Positions 60,608 to 64,000 of a stretch of DNA of 64,000 nt are shown piece by piece. The position numbers were made by a program, and so were the translations under genes. Position 1 is the first letter of the stretch. Every line of letters starts with the position of its first letter. The notes under the pieces are model-generated. The model had not been told where the DNA came from, did not search any database, and was given only the letters and a program-made list of their open reading frames with translations. The stretch is from an uncultured Gemmatimonadales bacterium (lineage in GTDB: Bacteria > Gemmatimonadota > Gemmatimonadetes > Gemmatimonadales > GWC2-71-9), in contig CAVOGR010000001.1 of NCBI GenBank assembly GCA_963695555.1, positions 128,001 through 192,000 of the forward strand, written 5' to 3'.

Positions 60608-60787
60608 ATGGCCGAGACTCACGAGCACGACGCGATGGTGTGCCGGGCCTGTGGCCGGGAGGAACGGGCCTCCGAAGGGTACCCCTGCGTCGACTGTGGC
60701 ACCTTCGTGTGCCTCATCTGCTATTTTCGTGGGGTGGAGCGCTGCTCGAAATGCCAGGAGAAGGCCGGTCGGGCGCCTGGCACGTGA
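60608..60787 (+). CDS. Small Cys8 zinc-finger protein
   Basis: CRAC, CVDC, CLIC and CSKC in 59 aa. GAGGG RBS. Confidence 0.75.
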   Translation: MAETHEHDAMVCRACGREERASEGYPCVDCGTFVCLICYFRGVERCSKCQEKAGRAPGT

Positions 60788-60826
60788 CATCGGTCTCCAG
60801 GCCCGTCACCCAATGCGCATAGGATC

Positions 60827-61525
60827 ATGAAGCGAAAACTGGTGCTCTTCGACATCGACGGCACGCTCTTGTTAACGGCAGGCGCCGGTCGCCGGGCCAT
60901 CACGCAGGCCCTGGCCGAGCAACTCGGTGCCGAACCCGATTTCAGCCTGATCCACTTCGACGGGAAGACCGATCCCCAAATCATCGAAGAGCTCCTCCTT
61001 GCCGCCGGTGCCACGTCCGAGCCAGCTCCAGGCCAGATCGACTCATTGTGCACCCGATACCTGGAACTGCTCGAAGGGGAGCTGGACCTGACCCGCGGGC
61101 AAACACAGCTCATGCCCGGTGTCGTGGAGTTACTGGAGCGATTGGATACCGACAGCACCGTGGTGCTCGGACTCCTCACCGGCAATCTGGCTCATGGCGC
61201 CAATCTCAAGCTACGGTCCGCAAACCTCGACCCGAGCCGGTTTGCCGTCGGCGCGTTCGGCTCCGACTCTGCCCGACGGCCCGACCTGCCGGCGATCGCC
61301 TCGCGCCGCGCCGAACCTCTCTTCGGGCGCCCCCCGCACGGGGAGGCGGTCGTGATCATCGGCGATACCCCTGCCGATATCGAATGCGGCGCCGGCATTG
61401 GTGCCAGAGCCATCGCCGTGGCCACGGGAAGTTTCTCGCTGGATGAGCTGTCCGCCCAACGGCCATACGCTGCCTTTCCTGACCTGAGCGCTACCGACCG
61501 TGTCTTGGATGCGATTCTCGGCTGA
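60827..61525 (+). CDS. HAD family hydrolase
   Basis: FDIDGTL, LTGN and IGDTPAD motifs. Confidence 0.93.
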   Translation: MKRKLVLFDIDGTLLLTAGAGRRAITQALAEQLGAEPDFSLIHFDGKTDPQIIEELLLAAGATSEPAPGQIDSLCTRYLELLEGELDLTRGQTQLMPGVVELLERLDTDSTVVLGLLTGNLAHGANLKLRSANLDPSRFAVGAFGSDSARRPDLPAIASRRAEPLFGRPPHGEAVVIIGDTPADIECGAGIGARAIAVATGSFSLDELSAQRPYAAFPDLSATDRVLDAILG

Positions 61526-61597
61526 TTCCCAGTCGTCCAGCGCAGCCCGGAGATACGCCTGCCCCATCGCGGCCGGGCGATCCGCGTGGGGGCGCTG

Positions 61598-62341
61598 ATG
61601 CCCCAGCCACTCGACCGCGCCCACGTTATCGGATTGCCGGAACTAGGTCCGTCACTCGGTCGAGTGGCATCGCCCGTCATCGATGCGCGAGGTTCCTCGG
61701 GCGTATGGCGCAAGATCCGTGAGGTGCGCCTCAGGCTCGCGAGCAGGCTCTTCGAGGCTGGTCACTCGGCCCGCACCGCCCTGGCAGCCGGCGATTACCG
61801 ACAAGCCGCACTCCGGCTCGGACGCGACACCTGGGCGGAAGCCTGGGCCGCGGCAGTGGCCGCCACCGGAGTCGTTGTGGTCGACGACATCAACCAGCGC
61901 TTGGAAGCCGCGGCGAGTGCGGCCCGCATGCCCCGCCGCCGGGCGCGAGCGGTTCGAGTGACGGAATCCGAAGGCCATGCGTTGACGGCCAGGCTTGCTG
62001 GTGGAGCCGGCCGCCTGGTGGTGGCCTTGGACGAATTGGAGGCCATTTCCAAGGCAATCGAAGCGGAGTCCGCCCCGGCGTGGCGAGATACCGTGCTGCG
62101 CGTTGCCCGACGGCTCGAAGACGCGTGGTTGGCGCTCGAGGCGCACGTTGGAGAGGAACTCCGGCGGTGGGACGAAGAGGTTGAGCGTGTCCGGGCCTGG
62201 AGGCGTCGAGGCTGGCCGCTATGGCTCGTGACAGTGGCCGTCGTCGGTCTCGCTACCTATGTCGGACTGGTGCTCGGCGGGTACGTGCGAGTTCCGGAGC
62301 AGCTTCGGCCGTTGGTTGACTGGTGGTGGGCCCGCTGGTGA
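61598..62341 (+). CDS. Hypothetical helical protein with C-terminal membrane anchor
   Basis: In-operon ORF with a C-terminal TM helix. GTGA overlap with acpS. Confidence 0.7.
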   Translation: MPQPLDRAHVIGLPELGPSLGRVASPVIDARGSSGVWRKIREVRLRLASRLFEAGHSARTALAAGDYRQAALRLGRDTWAEAWAAAVAATGVVVVDDINQRLEAAASAARMPRRRARAVRVTESEGHALTARLAGGAGRLVVALDELEAISKAIEAESAPAWRDTVLRVARRLEDAWLALEAHVGEELRRWDEEVERVRAWRRRGWPLWLVTVAVVGLATYVGLVLGGYVRVPEQLRPLVDWWWARW

Positions 62342-62748
62342 GCATTCTCGGCGTTGGCGTCGATCTGATCGACTTGACGCGAGCCGAACGGCTGCTCCAT
62401 CGGAAAGGGCAGCAGGCAGTGCGCCGGCTCCTGACGGAGGCCGAGCATCGTTCGATCCAGAATCGAACGCCATTTGTGCAGCATTTCGCCTCCCGCCTAG
62501 CGGCGAAAGAGGCCGTGTACAAAGCACTCCAATGCCTTCCGGGTGCTCGCGGTATCGGGTGGCGGGACATCGAGGTCGAACGGGGGGACGACGGGCGACC
62601 AACGGTCCGGCTGCATGGCACTGCCGCCCAGGTCCTCGCGACCCAGCCACACGCGCGCATTCATCTTGCCTTGAGCCACTCGGCGCTGACCGCCGGCGCC
62701 GTCGCGGTGCTCGAGGCTCGCCCGGCGCACCAGGGCACGCCCGCCTGA
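62338..62748 (+). CDS. acpS: Holo-[acyl-carrier-protein] synthase
   Basis: GVGVDL, AAKEAVYKAL and LSHS motifs. Confidence 0.93.
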   Translation: MSILGVGVDLIDLTRAERLLHRKGQQAVRRLLTEAEHRSIQNRTPFVQHFASRLAAKEAVYKALQCLPGARGIGWRDIEVERGDDGRPTVRLHGTAAQVLATQPHARIHLALSHSALTAGAVAVLEARPAHQGTPA

Positions 62749-62809
62749 CCACTTCCAATCCCGACAGATTCAGTCTACTTTCGGCGCTACGTCACCGAGT
62801 GGATCGAGC

Positions 62810-64000
62810 ATGTCTTTTCTCGTTGGGATCGTGCGACCCCTGTTTCAGGTCGCGCTGGCAGTCTCCGTTCAACAACAGGGCGCGTCGGATCCCGCGCCGA
62901 TCGTTCGCCGCATGGCCGCCACGGCCGCCCTCGCTGCGCAGGAATACCGCGCGGGGGTGTCTGAGGGCAGAATCGTCGCCCCGCCGGAAGTGGAGGAGGC
63001 CCTGCTGTTCCTGAAGGAGGCGCGCCGGACTGCGGAGCAGCTTCCTGCCGAGTGGAATCGGCGAAGTGGTGAGGCCTTAGATGAGATCATCAGGCTCGTG
63101 GCTACGACCCAGGAGCCCGATTCCGTCAGCGAGCGGGTCCGACGCCTGAACCAGAGGTTGTCGCAGGACTTCGGTGTTGATTTGGACGAAATCCCATTGG
63201 CGGCTCCGACCCTTGCCGCCGGGGTACGGGTCTACCAGGACAATTGTGCCGGCTGTCATGGGATGCTCGGCGGCGGAGACGGCCCCGAGGCGCAGGGCTT
63301 GGATCCGGCGCCCGCCAATCTTACGGATTGGGATGCGTTGCGCGATCGCTCGCCGCTCGACTACTACCGGCGGGTGACACTTGGTGTTGCAGGCACGGCC
63401 ATGCCTGCGTTCGAGACCAGACTTTCCCTCGACGATCGATGGGCCGTCGCCGCCTATGTCACGCGTTTCCGTCTGCCACCTCCGGGCGGCAACGAGGCGA
63501 GCGCTCTCCGCTCCTTCCCGACCTCTGCGCGCATGAGCGATATCGAGATCCTCGCGGCGCTGGGTATCGACAGCGCGGCTCCGTCTCCGGAAGCTCTCGT
63601 CCGCGTTGCCGCCGTCCGGGACCTTCCTGCGCACCAGGCCGATCGCCACGCAGTTCGCGCGGCGTTCAACCTCGTGCGCGCTCGCACGGATAGTGCGCTT
63701 GCCTTGGCAGTGCGTGGCGAGGCAGAAGCCGCCCGGGCTCTGGCGTTCGACGCGTACCTTGCCTTTGAGGGCGTCGAACGGACACTTCGCGCCCGGGACC
63801 CGTCGCTCGCGGGAGGACTGGAGACCACCTTCGCCACCTTCCGCGGGCGGATCGGCGGAGCTTTGCCAGCCGAACTCGAGGCGATTCGGACCGAGCTCGT
63901 CACGGGACTCGACCAGGGAGAACGCGAGCTGACGACGGCGCTCTCGCCTTTCAACCTGTTCCTCCAGTCGCTGGTGATCCTGCTACGAGAAGGCCTCGAA
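62810..64000 (+). CDS. Cytochrome c / FTR1 family iron permease fusion (runs off the window end; absent from the ORF track)
   Basis: Hand translation from ATG 62810 gives MSFLVG...AAQEY...CAGCHG...GTAMPAF...ILLREGLE (FTR1 RExxE motif). Confidence 0.88.
   Translation, partial: MSFLVGIVRPLFQVALAVSVQQQGASDPAPIVRRMAATAALAAQEYRAGVSEGRIVAPPEVEEALLFLKEARRTAEQLPAEWNRRSGEALDEIIRLVATTQEPDSVSERVRRLNQRLSQDFGVDLDEIPLAAPTLAAGVRVYQDNCAGCHGMLGGGDGPEAQGLDPAPANLTDWDALRDRSPLDYYRRVTLGVAGTAMPAFETRLSLDDRWAVAAYVTRFRLPPPGGNEASALRSFPTSARMSDIEILAALGIDSAAPSPEALVRVAAVRDLPAHQADRHAVRAAFNLVRARTDSALALAVRGEAEAARALAFDAYLAFEGVERTLRARDPSLAGGLETTFATFRGRIGGALPAELEAIRTELVTGLDQGERELTTALSPFNLFLQSLVILLREGLE

Noticed and set aside
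1..64000. CRISPR arrays, tRNA/rRNA, IS elements, prophage or defence genes
   Set aside because: No repeat-spacer arrays, RNA gene signatures, transposase, integrase or defence motifs found by eye. Short or divergent elements could have been missed.

Overview
GC-rich bacterial chromosomal segment of about 55 genes, probably Gemmatimonadota (an inference from gene content and style, not a database result). No rRNA, tRNA, CRISPR array, integrase or transposase is visible. The left half (1-33 kb) is a mosaic of stress and accessory genes: mtnA plus a class II aldolase, a lower-GC GT90, divergent ku/ligD, pspC, cls, gdhA, two tandem membrane diguanylate cyclases, an H1-like basic protein and ybaK-lon-usp. 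It ends in a phosphate/nucleotide neighbourhood (Na/Pi symporter, PhoU, NPP, sensor Ser/Thr kinase, two convergent NTT-family transporters). The right half looks like core genome: M48 protease, udg/VWA/AAA, sigma70-LonN-glcDEF-ygfZ, aroB, dacB, tamA/tamB, DAGK, NtrC-like regulator, acpS and cytochrome c-FTR1. Most notable: (1) an AT-rich gap at 46268-46561 with co-oriented DnaA-box-like and IHF-like sites, a candidate oriC or DnaA-controlled sigma promoter; (2) an NtrC-family regulator whose ATPase and GAFTGA motifs are all degenerate; (3) the kinase plus dual NTT module; (4) a one-base frameshift in glcF; (5) back-to-back, apparently leaderless ku/ligD. No novel system is proven from sequence alone.
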